Source: Bacteroidota bacterium
Lineage (GTDB): Bacteria; Bacteroidota; Bacteroidia; Flavobacteriales; Flavobacteriaceae
Direction: 5' to 3'
DNA: 64,000 nucleotides
Assembly: GCA_021793375.1 (NCBI GenBank)
Contig: JAJYSY010000006.1
Coordinates: forward strand, 894-64,893
The position numbers and the translations under genes were made by a program. The notes beneath the pieces were generated by a model. It was not told where the DNA came from. It saw only the letters and a list, made by a program, of their open reading frames with translations, and ran no database searches. This document shows, piece after piece, positions 36,747 through 46,529 of this stretch; within the stretch, counting starts at the first letter, position 1; the number at the start of each line of letters is the position of its first letter.

Positions 36747-36783
36747 AAAAAGCTCACGATTTTATTAAGATCGTGAGCTTTTA
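36747..36783. terminator. Bidirectional intrinsic terminator between convergent genes
   Basis: Perfect 10-bp stem agctcacgat (36751-36760) / atcgtgagct (36770-36779), extended by flanking A/T pairs, with ttttagtttt after it. Confidence 0.85.
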
Positions 36784-36802
36784 GTTTTATAAAACAGAAA
36801 GT

Positions 36803-37534
36803 CTATTCTTCTACAAGTTCTTCTGCTGAAGATGCATTTTCCAATACTTCTTCTAAATTCAATTCTCTTTCTTTTGCAGAACGATTCATACAAGTTTTAC
36901 AGATTTCATTATCATCAATTCCTCTTGCTTCCCAGGCATCTTTTACTGTTCCGTCGCTGACATCTGAATTTTTGATATGCTGGCAATCTTGGTGTAAATG
37001 AAGTTTATTTCCTGCCGGTGTCCAATATACATGATTCACACCATCATTTAATTGCTCAATAATATCTGTTTGTTCATTGATTTGTGCGGTATATTTTTCA
37101 ACTGAAGGCGGATTAAAATCAACTCCTGTTATTCCTGCTGCCAATAAAGCTACAACTGCAATAGACCCGGCGATTCCCTTAGTTTTTTTGCTCGCATCTT
37201 TATTTGTAAATATCAAAATCACCAAAGGCAGAAATGCCAAGACCGACATAATTACTCCTAATTGATTTTGCACAAAAAACTTAAATTGATTTTTTTCTGA
37301 AGCCGGATCTAAGCGATTGGCTTTTTTCCATAGAAGATTTCCGGTGATTGCCAAAGCTAAAATTCCGACAATAGCTACAATCAACCAAGTTAACATATCA
37401 TCGCTGATAAGTTTTAAAATTGCAAAAACTTCTGCTGCTATAGCTACTATCCAAGCTAAAAAAGCAAATAATCTTAATTGTTTTGCTTTTCCTTTGGCTT
37501 CATCAGTAGCTACAAATTTCTTTTCTTTTGCCAT
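36803..37534 (-). CDS. Membrane protein with a C-terminal Cys/His (sunset-like) motif
   Basis: 243 aa. Four TM helices, followed by HLHQDCQHIKN-(25 aa)-EICKTCMNR. Confidence 0.6.
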   Translation of the reverse strand: MAKEKKFVATDEAKGKAKQLRLFAFLAWIVAIAAEVFAILKLISDDMLTWLIVAIVGILALAITGNLLWKKANRLDPASEKNQFKFFVQNQLGVIMSVLAFLPLVILIFTNKDASKKTKGIAGSIAVVALLAAGITGVDFNPPSVEKYTAQINEQTDIIEQLNDGVNHVYWTPAGNKLHLHQDCQHIKNSDVSDGTVKDAWEARGIDDNEICKTCMNRSAKERELNLEEVLENASSAEELVEE

Positions 37535-37619
37535 AATCTAAAATGAGTTTAAATCTTATGTAATTAAAATACAAATTTATATAAAGTTTAAGACTTATCT
37601 GTTTTTATTTTTTTGCGCT

Positions 37620-40600
37620 TTAATTTGTGATTTTCACTTTTTTTCGATTGTCATAAGATCTGGTATCTATCAGTTTATTGTAAGGATCTATCCCAACTTC
37701 TGTTGGTTTTTCTTCTACAATAATTTTAAAATCATTTTCAATATCTGTAATCTTTACTTTTTCGAGATATAAAACTTTTTCAGGAACTTCTCCCGGTTTT
37801 TGGTCTTTTACTGAGGTGAAAATTCCTAATTCCACATAATCTTTTAACGGAACAGATTTGATTTCTCTTTCTCTTTTATCCAGATAAACTAAAGAATCTC
37901 CTTTAGCATCTGTATAAGTTTTTTCTCCTTGTTCTCCTGATTTATATTTACTGACAATAGCTTTGATATCCACTTCATATTTTCCGTTTTCCAGTTTTTC
38001 AGCACTGACTTCTTCAATATAATTATCGTAAAGTGTGATGCTTTCAAACATATCCTCAATCATATATTGCAAAGAATCCGGAACTTCTGTTTTTAAATCT
38101 TGCACCAATTCTCCGGCGGTGGTAAATGGAGGTTCCTGAAAAGCTACTTTATCAATAAAATTACTCAAGATTTTATTTAGTTTTTCTGCTCCTAAATAAT
38201 CGCTCAACGTATAAAAGACCAATGAGCCTTTATTATAATGTATGTATTGCTGATTTTCATTATACATCAAAGGTTTTTCTTTTTTGCTTTCATAACTTCT
38301 TCCGCTTAAATAACTATCTAAAGCTTCTTTTAAGAATTTTCTCATTTGACCCTTTCCATATTCTTTTTCCAAAACTTTTAAAGAACTGTATTCTGCCAAA
38401 CTTTCTGAAAGCATGGTTGCGCCTTGTACATTTCCACCAATTACTTGATGTGCCCACCATTGGTGTGCTAATTCATGAGAAGTTACAGAAAAAGGATAAT
38501 CTACTGCGTCTTCATTTTCTTCTTCTACATCGGCAATAAATCCTATGCTTTCTGAAAAAGGAAAAGTATTGGCAAAAGATTGGGCAAAACTTCCTTCACT
38601 GGAAGGGAATTCTATAATTCTGGCTTGTTCAAATTGATAAGGACTATATTCTTCGGTGAAATAATCAAAGCTTTTTTGCAAACTTCTAACCATTCTATCC
38701 ACATTATAATGATGTGCTTTATTATAATAAACTTCAAGATTTATATCCTTCCATTTTTCTCTTTTCACTTCATATTCCCCGGAATTATAAGCAAAGAAAT
38801 TCAACATTTTTTGATCGCCCATGCTGTAATGGTAGTATTTTCTATCTCCTTCTTCCCATTCTTTTTGAAGATATCCGGGTGCAATGGCAATTTGATCTTT
38901 ATCTGTACTCACCGTAGTTTCAAAAGTTATCCAATCAGAATCATTTCTGAGATAAGTATTGCCTCTGGCTTTTAAATCTGTTTGCTCTGCCATTCGCTCT
39001 TTTGGTGGCAAATTATACTTTTCTCTTAATTGTGTATCGCTGATTTCACTGTCTGCAGAATACCCCAACATCGGAAAAATAAAATTGTTGATGAAAGTTC
39101 CATTTTTTAAAACCGGTGAATTGTTTTTCAAAATAGAATTGGGTTTATTTTTAATCGTAAAATGTAAATCTGCTGTTTTTCCACTATCCAAAGGTTGATC
39201 AAATCGATAAAAACTAAATCCATAAACGGTATCTTTTGACAAAAATTTGGCGCCTTCAATTTCAATCTCATTTAGGTAATCTTCATCAAAAGAAATCAAT
39301 ATACTATCTACAGCTTGTGCATTTTTATTTTCTAAAACATATTTCCCTTTGGCTTCAAAATCTCTTGTTTTTGGATATAAATCCATATCCACTTTTACAT
39401 CTACAATTCGCGGAAGAGTCAAATCTTCATAAGTTTTATATTTCTTTTCATATTCCACTCGCATCAATTCTTTGTCTTTAGAAGAATAATATGGATTTTG
39501 AATTTTATATACATAATAAATATAGCTCCCAATACTTATAAATCCTATTAAACAAAGCACAGCAGGAATAATCACCACAGGTTTTGCTCGTTTTTTAGCA
39601 AAATGAAATCTTTCTTTAAATCTGAAAACTCCTCTTCTCCAAAACAGTAAAGTTAATCCGCTGAGGAATCCGATAAATAACAGCCAATAAACTGCATATA
39701 AAAAATACTTAGGTAAATCACTTCCAAATCCGTTTAAGTCAGAATATCCTATATAAAATAAACGGTTAAAGAAAAATATAGACAATTCTACTCCTAATTT
39801 TCCATAAAAATCTCCAAAGAGATAAAAAATCAATAAGACAAAAAACCCGATAATATAATTTCCAAAAACAGTTTGCACGGCTAAAGCCAATCCTCCCCAA
39901 ATTACATAAGAAATTAAGCTGATGCCCAATAAGCGTTTGAGATATAATCCGATTTCCAAGTCAAAATATCCATTAGAAATTTGGATAATAATTCCGCTAA
40001 TCATCACCAATAACAATAAGCTTGCTTGAAAGAGAATTAATGCAAAGTATTTTGAGTTAAAAAACACCCAGTTTGGCGTTGGTGTGGAATCTATTAATGT
40101 ATCCATCTTTGACAAACTTCCGCGATGAACCAATAATCCTGCGCCTAAAAAAGTCAATAAGATGATAAAAAATTCAAGACTGAATTCATTTCTAAGCATT
40201 CTTGAAGTAACCGGGAGAATTTTTGTACCATACATGCTGTTGGAAAAAACACTGTCCAAAATCATGATAATTACGCCAATTACCATTAAAATCAACAGAA
40301 TTCGATTTTTAATTAAATATTTAAATTCCATTTTGGTGAAACTCCAAATATTACTCCACTGAGATTTTAAAGAATAGTCATAATTTACTTTTGGTAATTC
40401 AATTTTAAATAAGCCCACAAAGTTATTTTTGACCAAACGTTTTCCTTTTGGTTTTTTCCAGAAATTTAAACTTATCGGATTTTGAGAAAACTGAAATAAT
40501 TTCCCTAATAAAACCAAGAAAAAAGCTGCAATTCCCAACCAAATCAATCGGTTGAAAATATAGTATTTCTCTACCGGTAAATTGTTGGTGTTATAATCAT

Positions 40601-41288
40601 TGATTGTCCAATATTCTGTATAATAACTCAAAGCAGACAATCCTGAAGGATCTATTAAGGCTGCAATTTCTTTATTGTCTAATTCTGATGATAATCCTGA
40701 CATTAAGCTAATAATGATTACCAAAGCAATGGTTACAGCAAATCCGGTGTAAACACTTCTGGATATTGTGGTTACCGCAAAAATAATTGCGCCCATCAAA
40801 AGCATATTGGGAATTACATTTAACAAATAAGATTGAGCATAATTCCAAAAATAATTCGGCCCTAACAATTCCTGATTTCCAAAAGGCATAAGTGTGGCAA
40901 AATACATTCCCAAACCTATGAATATACTAATCAGCAAAGTGATTAGAAATCCACTCCAGAATTTCCCCATCAAATAACTGGTTTTTGTAAATGGATAGGA
41001 AAAGAAAATTTGATGAGCATTGTATTTAAAATCTCGATAAATTCCTGCTCCAATAATTGTGGGAAACAAAAAATAAAGCAATTGATGCGTTCCCTCCAAC
41101 AAAACACTGATCATCATCGGAGAATTCATCTTGGTCAAAGAAGTGCTGGTTACCACCAAAGCATCAAAAAAACCTATGGAACTTCCCATGATAAAAAAGC
41201 CAAGGAAGAAGAATATTGCAGTGTAAAGATAAAATTGCCAAGTACCAAACCAACGTTTGAATTCGAAAGAAAAAATAGTTTTAAACAT
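37620..41288 (-). CDS. Fusion protein: ABC-2-type multi-pass permease (N-terminal ~560 aa) + M1-family zinc aminopeptidase-like domain
   Basis: 1222 aa. About 12 hydrophobic helices, then the zincin motif HELAHQWWAHQV...LSESLAEY (HExxH + downstream Glu). It lies 3 nt downstream of the ABC ATPase gene. Confidence 0.85.
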   Translation of the reverse strand: MFKTIFSFEFKRWFGTWQFYLYTAIFFFLGFFIMGSSIGFFDALVVTSTSLTKMNSPMMISVLLEGTHQLLYFLFPTIIGAGIYRDFKYNAHQIFFSYPFTKTSYLMGKFWSGFLITLLISIFIGLGMYFATLMPFGNQELLGPNYFWNYAQSYLLNVIPNMLLMGAIIFAVTTISRSVYTGFAVTIALVIIISLMSGLSSELDNKEIAALIDPSGLSALSYYTEYWTINDYNTNNLPVEKYYIFNRLIWLGIAAFFLVLLGKLFQFSQNPISLNFWKKPKGKRLVKNNFVGLFKIELPKVNYDYSLKSQWSNIWSFTKMEFKYLIKNRILLILMVIGVIIMILDSVFSNSMYGTKILPVTSRMLRNEFSLEFFIILLTFLGAGLLVHRGSLSKMDTLIDSTPTPNWVFFNSKYFALILFQASLLLLVMISGIIIQISNGYFDLEIGLYLKRLLGISLISYVIWGGLALAVQTVFGNYIIGFFVLLIFYLFGDFYGKLGVELSIFFFNRLFYIGYSDLNGFGSDLPKYFLYAVYWLLFIGFLSGLTLLFWRRGVFRFKERFHFAKKRAKPVVIIPAVLCLIGFISIGSYIYYVYKIQNPYYSSKDKELMRVEYEKKYKTYEDLTLPRIVDVKVDMDLYPKTRDFEAKGKYVLENKNAQAVDSILISFDEDYLNEIEIEGAKFLSKDTVYGFSFYRFDQPLDSGKTADLHFTIKNKPNSILKNNSPVLKNGTFINNFIFPMLGYSADSEISDTQLREKYNLPPKERMAEQTDLKARGNTYLRNDSDWITFETTVSTDKDQIAIAPGYLQKEWEEGDRKYYHYSMGDQKMLNFFAYNSGEYEVKREKWKDINLEVYYNKAHHYNVDRMVRSLQKSFDYFTEEYSPYQFEQARIIEFPSSEGSFAQSFANTFPFSESIGFIADVEEENEDAVDYPFSVTSHELAHQWWAHQVIGGNVQGATMLSESLAEYSSLKVLEKEYGKGQMRKFLKEALDSYLSGRSYESKKEKPLMYNENQQYIHYNKGSLVFYTLSDYLGAEKLNKILSNFIDKVAFQEPPFTTAGELVQDLKTEVPDSLQYMIEDMFESITLYDNYIEEVSAEKLENGKYEVDIKAIVSKYKSGEQGEKTYTDAKGDSLVYLDKREREIKSVPLKDYVELGIFTSVKDQKPGEVPEKVLYLEKVKITDIENDFKIIVEEKPTEVGIDPYNKLIDTRSYDNRKKVKITN

Positions 41289-41291
41289 AGT

Positions 41292-42167
41292 TTAGTCGTT
41301 TTTTAAAGCGTTGAAATAAACATCTTCTAAATCCGGTTCTACCTGAGCAAATCCTCTTTCTGTTAAAGGTTTTTCTGAATAAACTCTAATGTTTAAAGAG
41401 TTATCTTGGTTGTAATTTGTAGATAAAATATTTAATTCTTTATCTAATTTTTCTGCTTCTTCGCGTTGTAGTGTTTTTTTCCAAATAAATCCGTTTAATT
41501 TTTCTTGTGCTTTTAACGGAGTAGTTTTATCTAAAATTCTTCCTCCGTTTAAAATAGCCATATCATGACAAAGTTCTTTTACATCATCAACAATATGAGT
41601 AGAGAAAATCACGGTATTGTCTGTTCCGATTTCTCTTAGAACATTTAAAAACCTATGTCTTTCTGCGGGGTCTAATCCGGCGGTGGGTTCATCAACAATA
41701 ATTAGTTTCGGATCATTTAAAAGCAATTGTGCAATTCCAAAACGCTGCTTCATCCCTCCGGAGTAACGACTTACGCTTTTTTTGCGGACTTCAGAAAGGT
41801 TGGTGACTTCTAAAACTTTATCTATTATTTTATTTCTGTCTTTTTTGCTTTCAACTCCTTTTAATCTTGCAAAATATTCTAATAAATTTTCTGCTGACAC
41901 ATTGGGATAAACCCCAAAATCTTGCGGCAAATAACCCAATATTTTTCTGAATTCAGTTTGTTCTTCCAATACATTATAATCTCCAAAATGAATACTCCCC
42001 GAATCCGGTTTTTGCAAAGTTGCAATAGTTCTCATCAAAGAAGATTTTCCGGCTCCGTTTGGACCTAAAAGCCCAAACATTCCTGACCCAATTTCTAAAC
42101 TTAAATTATCGGTAGCTTTCACTCCGTTTTTATAAGTTTTATTAAGATTTTGAATAACTAAATTCAT
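41292..42167 (-). CDS. ABC transporter ATP-binding protein
   Basis: 291 aa. Walker A GPNGAGKSS, signature YSGGMKQR, Walker B LIIVDEPTAGLD. Confidence 0.94.
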   Translation of the reverse strand: MNLVIQNLNKTYKNGVKATDNLSLEIGSGMFGLLGPNGAGKSSLMRTIATLQKPDSGSIHFGDYNVLEEQTEFRKILGYLPQDFGVYPNVSAENLLEYFARLKGVESKKDRNKIIDKVLEVTNLSEVRKKSVSRYSGGMKQRFGIAQLLLNDPKLIIVDEPTAGLDPAERHRFLNVLREIGTDNTVIFSTHIVDDVKELCHDMAILNGGRILDKTTPLKAQEKLNGFIWKKTLQREEAEKLDKELNILSTNYNQDNSLNIRVYSEKPLTERGFAQVEPDLEDVYFNALKND

Positions 42168-42269
42168 ATTTATTAAAATTTTGACGGTTTTATTTCACTT
42201 ATTTATAAGACGCAAACAAATCTCTTTTGTTACATTTTATTTTTAAAAAAGACACTCTTTAAAGCAAAT

Positions 42270-42303
42270 AAAAAAGCAGCACAAGTTTTTGTACTGCTTT
42301 ATA
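42270..42303 (-). terminator. Intrinsic terminator downstream of the DUF937 gene
   Basis: Stem agcagcac (42275-42282) / gtactgct (42291-42298), 7 of 8 pairs. The A5 run on plus reads as a U-run on the minus transcript. Confidence 0.5.
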
Positions 42304-42330
42304 ATACTGTTTTAATTTTTGAAATCAGCT

Positions 42331-42909
42331 TTATTTTTTTCCCAAAATTCCACCGATCATATCTCCTAATCCTCCTCCGGATTTTTTATTTCCTCCGCCA
42401 AGGACAGAACCTAAAATATTTCCGGCTAAACCTGAAGAATTTCCTCCACCGATAAGATTTCCTAATAAATCATTTATTCCTCCTTCAGAAGAAACATTTC
42501 CTGATCCGGCTTGTTTTCCTAATTGTCCCATCACAATTGGCGCAAGCATTGCTATGATTTTAGAAACATTTGCATTAGAAACACCAGTTGTTCTGCTCAG
42601 TTGGTTTTCAACAGCTTGTTTTTTATCTCCTAAGATATGTCCTAAAATATTTTCTCCATCTGTAGTGTTTCCCGAATTTAAAAATCCGCCTAAATTATCT
42701 AAAATCCCACCATCGTGCTCGTTTAAAGCGCTTAATATTCCGGCTGCTCCTTCTTTTGAAGAAGCATTATTTTTTAACATTCCCAACAAAACAGGGGTAG
42801 CAGAATTTACTACAGAAGAAGTGTCTTCTTTTGAGGTTCCTACTTGTTGACTTATTCCATCAATTACTTGTTGACCTAAGTTTCCACTTAGTAAATCAGA
42901 GATATTCAT
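42331..42909 (-). CDS. DUF937 domain protein (Gly/Asn-rich)
   Basis: 192 aa. MNISDLLSGNLGQQVIDGISQQVG...ATPVLLGMLKNNA and ...IIAMLAPIVMGQLGKQ repeat the DUF937 helix pattern. Confidence 0.65.
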   Translation of the reverse strand: MNISDLLSGNLGQQVIDGISQQVGTSKEDTSSVVNSATPVLLGMLKNNASSKEGAAGILSALNEHDGGILDNLGGFLNSGNTTDGENILGHILGDKKQAVENQLSRTTGVSNANVSKIIAMLAPIVMGQLGKQAGSGNVSSEGGINDLLGNLIGGGNSSGLAGNILGSVLGGGNKKSGGGLGDMIGGILGKK

Positions 42910-43038
42910 TTCAATTAATTTAAGTTGTAAGCTTGCAATTTAATATTTTTTCTTAATAATTCAATTTTATCTACTTTAATTACATGAAAATCAAGCTTTT
43001 ATTTTTTAAGTTAAACTCCAAACCCAAGATAATTTAAA

Positions 43039-43046
43039 TATATTTG
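43039..43046 (+). promoter_or_regulatory. -7 promoter box for the NlpE-like gene
   Basis: tatatttg (TAnnTTTG) lies 35 nt upstream of ATG 43081. Confidence 0.4.
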
Positions 43047-43080
43047 TCTTTAGTTATGTAACTTTAAATTTTTTCTATTT

Positions 43081-43557
43081 ATGAAAATCAAATTTATTTC
43101 TTTATTATTTCTTAGTGTATTATTTTTATTTTCTTGTGGAAATAATTCCGAAAAAAAAGAAAATTCTAATTCAGAAAATAATTCAACTTCAATTGAAAAT
43201 ATAGATTCTGAAGAAAAACCTGATATGCATACCAGTCAAAACTCTTTGGATTGGGATGGAACTTACTCCGGAATTTTACCTTGTGCAGATTGCCCGGGAA
43301 TTGAAACTACTTTAGTTCTTAACAATGACTCTACTTTTCGTTTAAGTTTATTTTATTTAGAAAGAGATTTCCTTACAGAAGAAGAAGGAGAATTTGAATG
43401 GGATGATGATGGACAAAGAATATACTTAGAATCTAAAAATGAAAATAATTTCGGTTTTTTTGTAGGCGAAAACTTCCTTTCACAACTTGATGAAGATGGA
43501 AATCGCATGACAGGAGAAGAAGCTGATAAACATATTCTGACTAAAGCCATAAAATAA
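43081..43557 (+). CDS. Lipoprotein with an NlpE/CutF N-terminal domain
   Basis: 158 aa. Lipobox LFSC, and GTYSGILPCADCPGIETTLVLNNDSTF (the CxxC motif of NlpE_N). Confidence 0.75.
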   Translation: MKIKFISLLFLSVLFLFSCGNNSEKKENSNSENNSTSIENIDSEEKPDMHTSQNSLDWDGTYSGILPCADCPGIETTLVLNNDSTFRLSLFYLERDFLTEEEGEFEWDDDGQRIYLESKNENNFGFFVGENFLSQLDEDGNRMTGEEADKHILTKAIK

Positions 43558-43568
43558 AAGCTTCAATA

Positions 43569-44063
43569 TTATTTTGCTCTCAGCTTTTTGGTTACAGTTA
43601 CTTTGCCGTTTTCTTCATAAACTTTTACTCTCCCATTCTGGTTGATTAAAACATTGAAATTATCATTTTTGGCATCATATAAAAAAGTAATCAAATAGCT
43701 GGGACAATCATGGGCTTTGCAACCGGTGAATTTATAAATATCTCTGTCTGAAACTATTGGAGTTTCTGTGTTGAAGTTTTCAAGGATTTCTTCATAAACC
43801 TCTTCTACTATAGGTTTTATACGATCAACAAAATCAGTGTTTTCAAAAATATTTAAATCTTTGTTGACGTATTCTCCTTCATTTTCAGTAATTAAATTCC
43901 CGGCTATATTATCTTTTGTAGTTTCCTCTTCTTCCTCTTCTCCTATCACAGTTTCCATTACATTCGGGCTGTCAGCAGATTTCACTTTGTTGCTGTCTTT
44001 GCAAGAAATGTTTAAAAAAGAAAAAACTAATATAAGAGGTAAAATAAATGCAAATCGTTTCAT
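43569..44063 (-). CDS. Lipoprotein, unknown function
   Basis: 164 aa. Signal peptide with lipobox LNISC and an acidic linker. Confidence 0.55.
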   Translation of the reverse strand: MKRFAFILPLILVFSFLNISCKDSNKVKSADSPNVMETVIGEEEEEETTKDNIAGNLITENEGEYVNKDLNIFENTDFVDRIKPIVEEVYEEILENFNTETPIVSDRDIYKFTGCKAHDCPSYLITFLYDAKNDNFNVLINQNGRVKVYEENGKVTVTKKLRAK

Positions 44064-44180
44064 CTCAACAAAATATATGGGTTAAACTGTGTTTATATTT
44101 TCAAAAATACAAATTTATGACTTTTCTCATTAAGTTAATTAAAAATAAAGTTTGTTGAAAAAATACTGCTTTTGAATTTA

Positions 44181-45296
44181 TTATTCTCCCAATAATTCTT
44201 TCATTTTCATTTGCAAACTTCTTCCGCGTAGATTTTTCGCTAAAATTCTTCCTTCTTCATCCAATAGCATATTCGCCGGGATGGATCTGATTTTATACAT
44301 TTTAGCGATAGGGTCATTCCAAAAACGAAGATTAGAAATCTGATCCCACTCCAATCCGTCTTGCTCTATGGCATTTGTCCAACTTCTTTTATTTCTGTCA
44401 AAAGAAACCCCAAGAATATTAAATCCTTTGTCTTGATATTTTTCATATACTTTTACCAAATTCGGATTTTCTCTTCTACAAGGCATACACCAAGCGGCCC
44501 AAAAATCTATTAAAGTATATTTTCCTAAAGCTTCTTCTAAAGCAAACTCTTCTCCTTCCGGAGTTTTTGCACTAAAAGTCGGAGCTATATTTCCGATGGC
44601 TAAAGGGTCTGTTTTTACATAATCTTTTCCTAATTGTTTTCCGAAACCGGTGGTTTTTAAGTTTTCTGAAAAACCGTCGTAAATTCTTTTTAATTCTTTT
44701 ACAGAAGAGGTTCTCGTATCGATTAAGTCAGAAAAAACCAATAAATTCACTACGTTTTCCGAATCTTTTTCAAGAAGTTTTCGACGGTAAACTGTGTTTC
44801 TGTTGTCCAGCTCTTTTTGTTTTATTCGGAGTTGATTTTTTGCTTTTCGCGTTTTCAATTCTTCTGAAGAAAAAGAATTTTCCATTTTTCTGTATTCTCG
44901 TTCTCCTTCATTGATTTTCTGCATATACTCATTCAACTGCTGATTATATTCTCCTCCCTCAACAATTGAACTGTTTAAACTATCTCTGAAAAATTTTATT
45001 TTTACCGGTTTATTTTCATTAATAAAGTATATTTTCTCTTTTGATTTGGCTTTTTCTAAACTGAGAACATTGATGGTGTTTTCTTCTCTTTCCGGGAGAT
45101 CTACAATAATTTTACCTTTTTTTACGGCTACAGTATCTATCGGAATTATTTCATAATTCTCTGTAAGTTCTCCGATATAAACTTGTGTGTTTTCTGCTGT
45201 GTTTTGAAATTCAGCTTTCACATATAAATCTGAGTGTTGCTCAAAATCACAAGAAATAAAAACTGTGATAAGTAAAAAAAGATAAAACTTGTTCAT
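44181..45296 (-). CDS. TlpA-family thiol:disulfide oxidoreductase (DUF4369 N-domain + thioredoxin fold), paralog 1
   Basis: ATG 45296 (MNKFYLFLLITVFISC lipobox) is preferred over the tracked 45323. Active site FWAAWCMPC. Confidence 0.85.
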   Translation of the reverse strand: MNKFYLFLLITVFISCDFEQHSDLYVKAEFQNTAENTQVYIGELTENYEIIPIDTVAVKKGKIIVDLPEREENTINVLSLEKAKSKEKIYFINENKPVKIKFFRDSLNSSIVEGGEYNQQLNEYMQKINEGEREYRKMENSFSSEELKTRKAKNQLRIKQKELDNRNTVYRRKLLEKDSENVVNLLVFSDLIDTRTSSVKELKRIYDGFSENLKTTGFGKQLGKDYVKTDPLAIGNIAPTFSAKTPEGEEFALEEALGKYTLIDFWAAWCMPCRRENPNLVKVYEKYQDKGFNILGVSFDRNKRSWTNAIEQDGLEWDQISNLRFWNDPIAKMYKIRSIPANMLLDEEGRILAKNLRGRSLQMKMKELLGE

Positions 45297-45312
45297 TTTA
45301 TGATGAATGAAT

Positions 45313-46428
45313 TTAATTATCACCTAATAATTCCTCTATTTTTTGTTCTAAAGCCGGACCCCGTAAATTAGTGCCAATAATCACTCCGTCTTCATCTAAA
45401 AGAAAACTTGCCGGAATAGCTTTAATATTATATTCTTTTGCAATTGGATCTTGCCAGAATTTTAAGTTCGAAACTTGATTCCAAGGCAAACCATCTTTTT
45501 CTATAGCTTCAAGCCACTTATCTTCTGATCTGTCTAAAGAAACTCCCAACACATTAAATCCTTTGTCTTTATATTTATTGTAAACTTTTACAATGTTTGG
45601 ATTTTCTTTACGACAAGGCAAACACCAAGCTGCCCAAAAATCAACTAAAGTATATTTTCCTAAAGCATCTTCTAAAGCTAATTCTTCTCCTTCAGGAGTT
45701 TTTGCCGAAAAAGAAGGTGCTTTATTTCCGATGGCAACTGCTGCAGATCCTTTTATCTCTTTTCCGATTTCTTTTCCTATATAAGTGTTTTTCAACTCTT
45801 TGGATAAGTTTTCATAAAGCTCCTGCATTTCATTTTGTGGAACTTGACGCGTGCGCAACATATCACTGAAAATCAAAACCGTAGCCAATTCATTTGGGTT
45901 TTCTTCAATTGCTTTTTTGCGGAATTCAGTGTTTTCCATTTCAATTTTTCCTTGCAAATTTCTCATCTGCATTTGCATCTCAGGGTCTTGCATTTCATGT
46001 TGATCTAATCCATCTGTAGCTGCAATTATTTTTTCGTTTCCTTTGATTAAAATATCAAAATATTCTTTTAAAAGCTGATTGGATTTCCCGCCTGTTATTT
46101 CTGATTTTCTGATTTCTTCTTCATTGATTTTAATATCAACTTTTTGATTTTCGTTGATGAAAATCAGATTACCGTTCACTCCGTCAATTGTCAAAATATT
46201 TAATGTTTGAAAATCAACTTTAGGTAATTCTATTTCTATTATTCCATTTTTTACTTCTACGGTATCCAAAGCTATTGGTTGATTTCCTTTTCCTAATTCT
46301 GCCAAATAAACTTCTGTACCGTCTTCTATTTCAACTTCTGCTTTTAATAAACGATCTTTATTTGTAGTGTTTGATTCACAAGAGGCTAAAAATAATATTC
46401 CTATTGTAAAAATTAGTAGTTTACGCAT
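45313..46428 (-). CDS. TlpA-family thiol:disulfide oxidoreductase, paralog 2
   Basis: 371 aa. Lipobox LFLASC and active site FWAAWCLPC. The C-terminal half is very similar to paralog 1 at the nucleotide level. Confidence 0.85.
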   Translation of the reverse strand: MRKLLIFTIGILFLASCESNTTNKDRLLKAEVEIEDGTEVYLAELGKGNQPIALDTVEVKNGIIEIELPKVDFQTLNILTIDGVNGNLIFINENQKVDIKINEEEIRKSEITGGKSNQLLKEYFDILIKGNEKIIAATDGLDQHEMQDPEMQMQMRNLQGKIEMENTEFRKKAIEENPNELATVLIFSDMLRTRQVPQNEMQELYENLSKELKNTYIGKEIGKEIKGSAAVAIGNKAPSFSAKTPEGEELALEDALGKYTLVDFWAAWCLPCRKENPNIVKVYNKYKDKGFNVLGVSLDRSEDKWLEAIEKDGLPWNQVSNLKFWQDPIAKEYNIKAIPASFLLDEDGVIIGTNLRGPALEQKIEELLGDN

Positions 46429-46451
46429 AATTTGTATTTCTATAATAAAAT

Positions 46452-46459
46452 CAAAGTTA
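46452..46459 (-). promoter_or_regulatory. -7 promoter box for TlpA paralogs 2 and 1
   Basis: The minus strand reads taactttg (TAnnTTTG), 24 nt upstream of ATG 46428. Confidence 0.4.
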
Positions 46460-46529
46460 ATTATTTCTGATTTGGTTTAAATTATTATCGACTAAAGTAT
46501 TGTTAAATCAATTGTTTTTACAAGTTTTT

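Noticed and set aside
38222..41306. Series of plus-strand ORFs (38222..38539, 38580..38975, 38714..38917, 38959..39198, 39236..39481, 40162..40362, 41010..41306)
   Set aside because: All are antisense to the continuous 1222-codon permease-peptidase ORF and consist of low-complexity Phe/Leu/Ile/Lys-rich translations.
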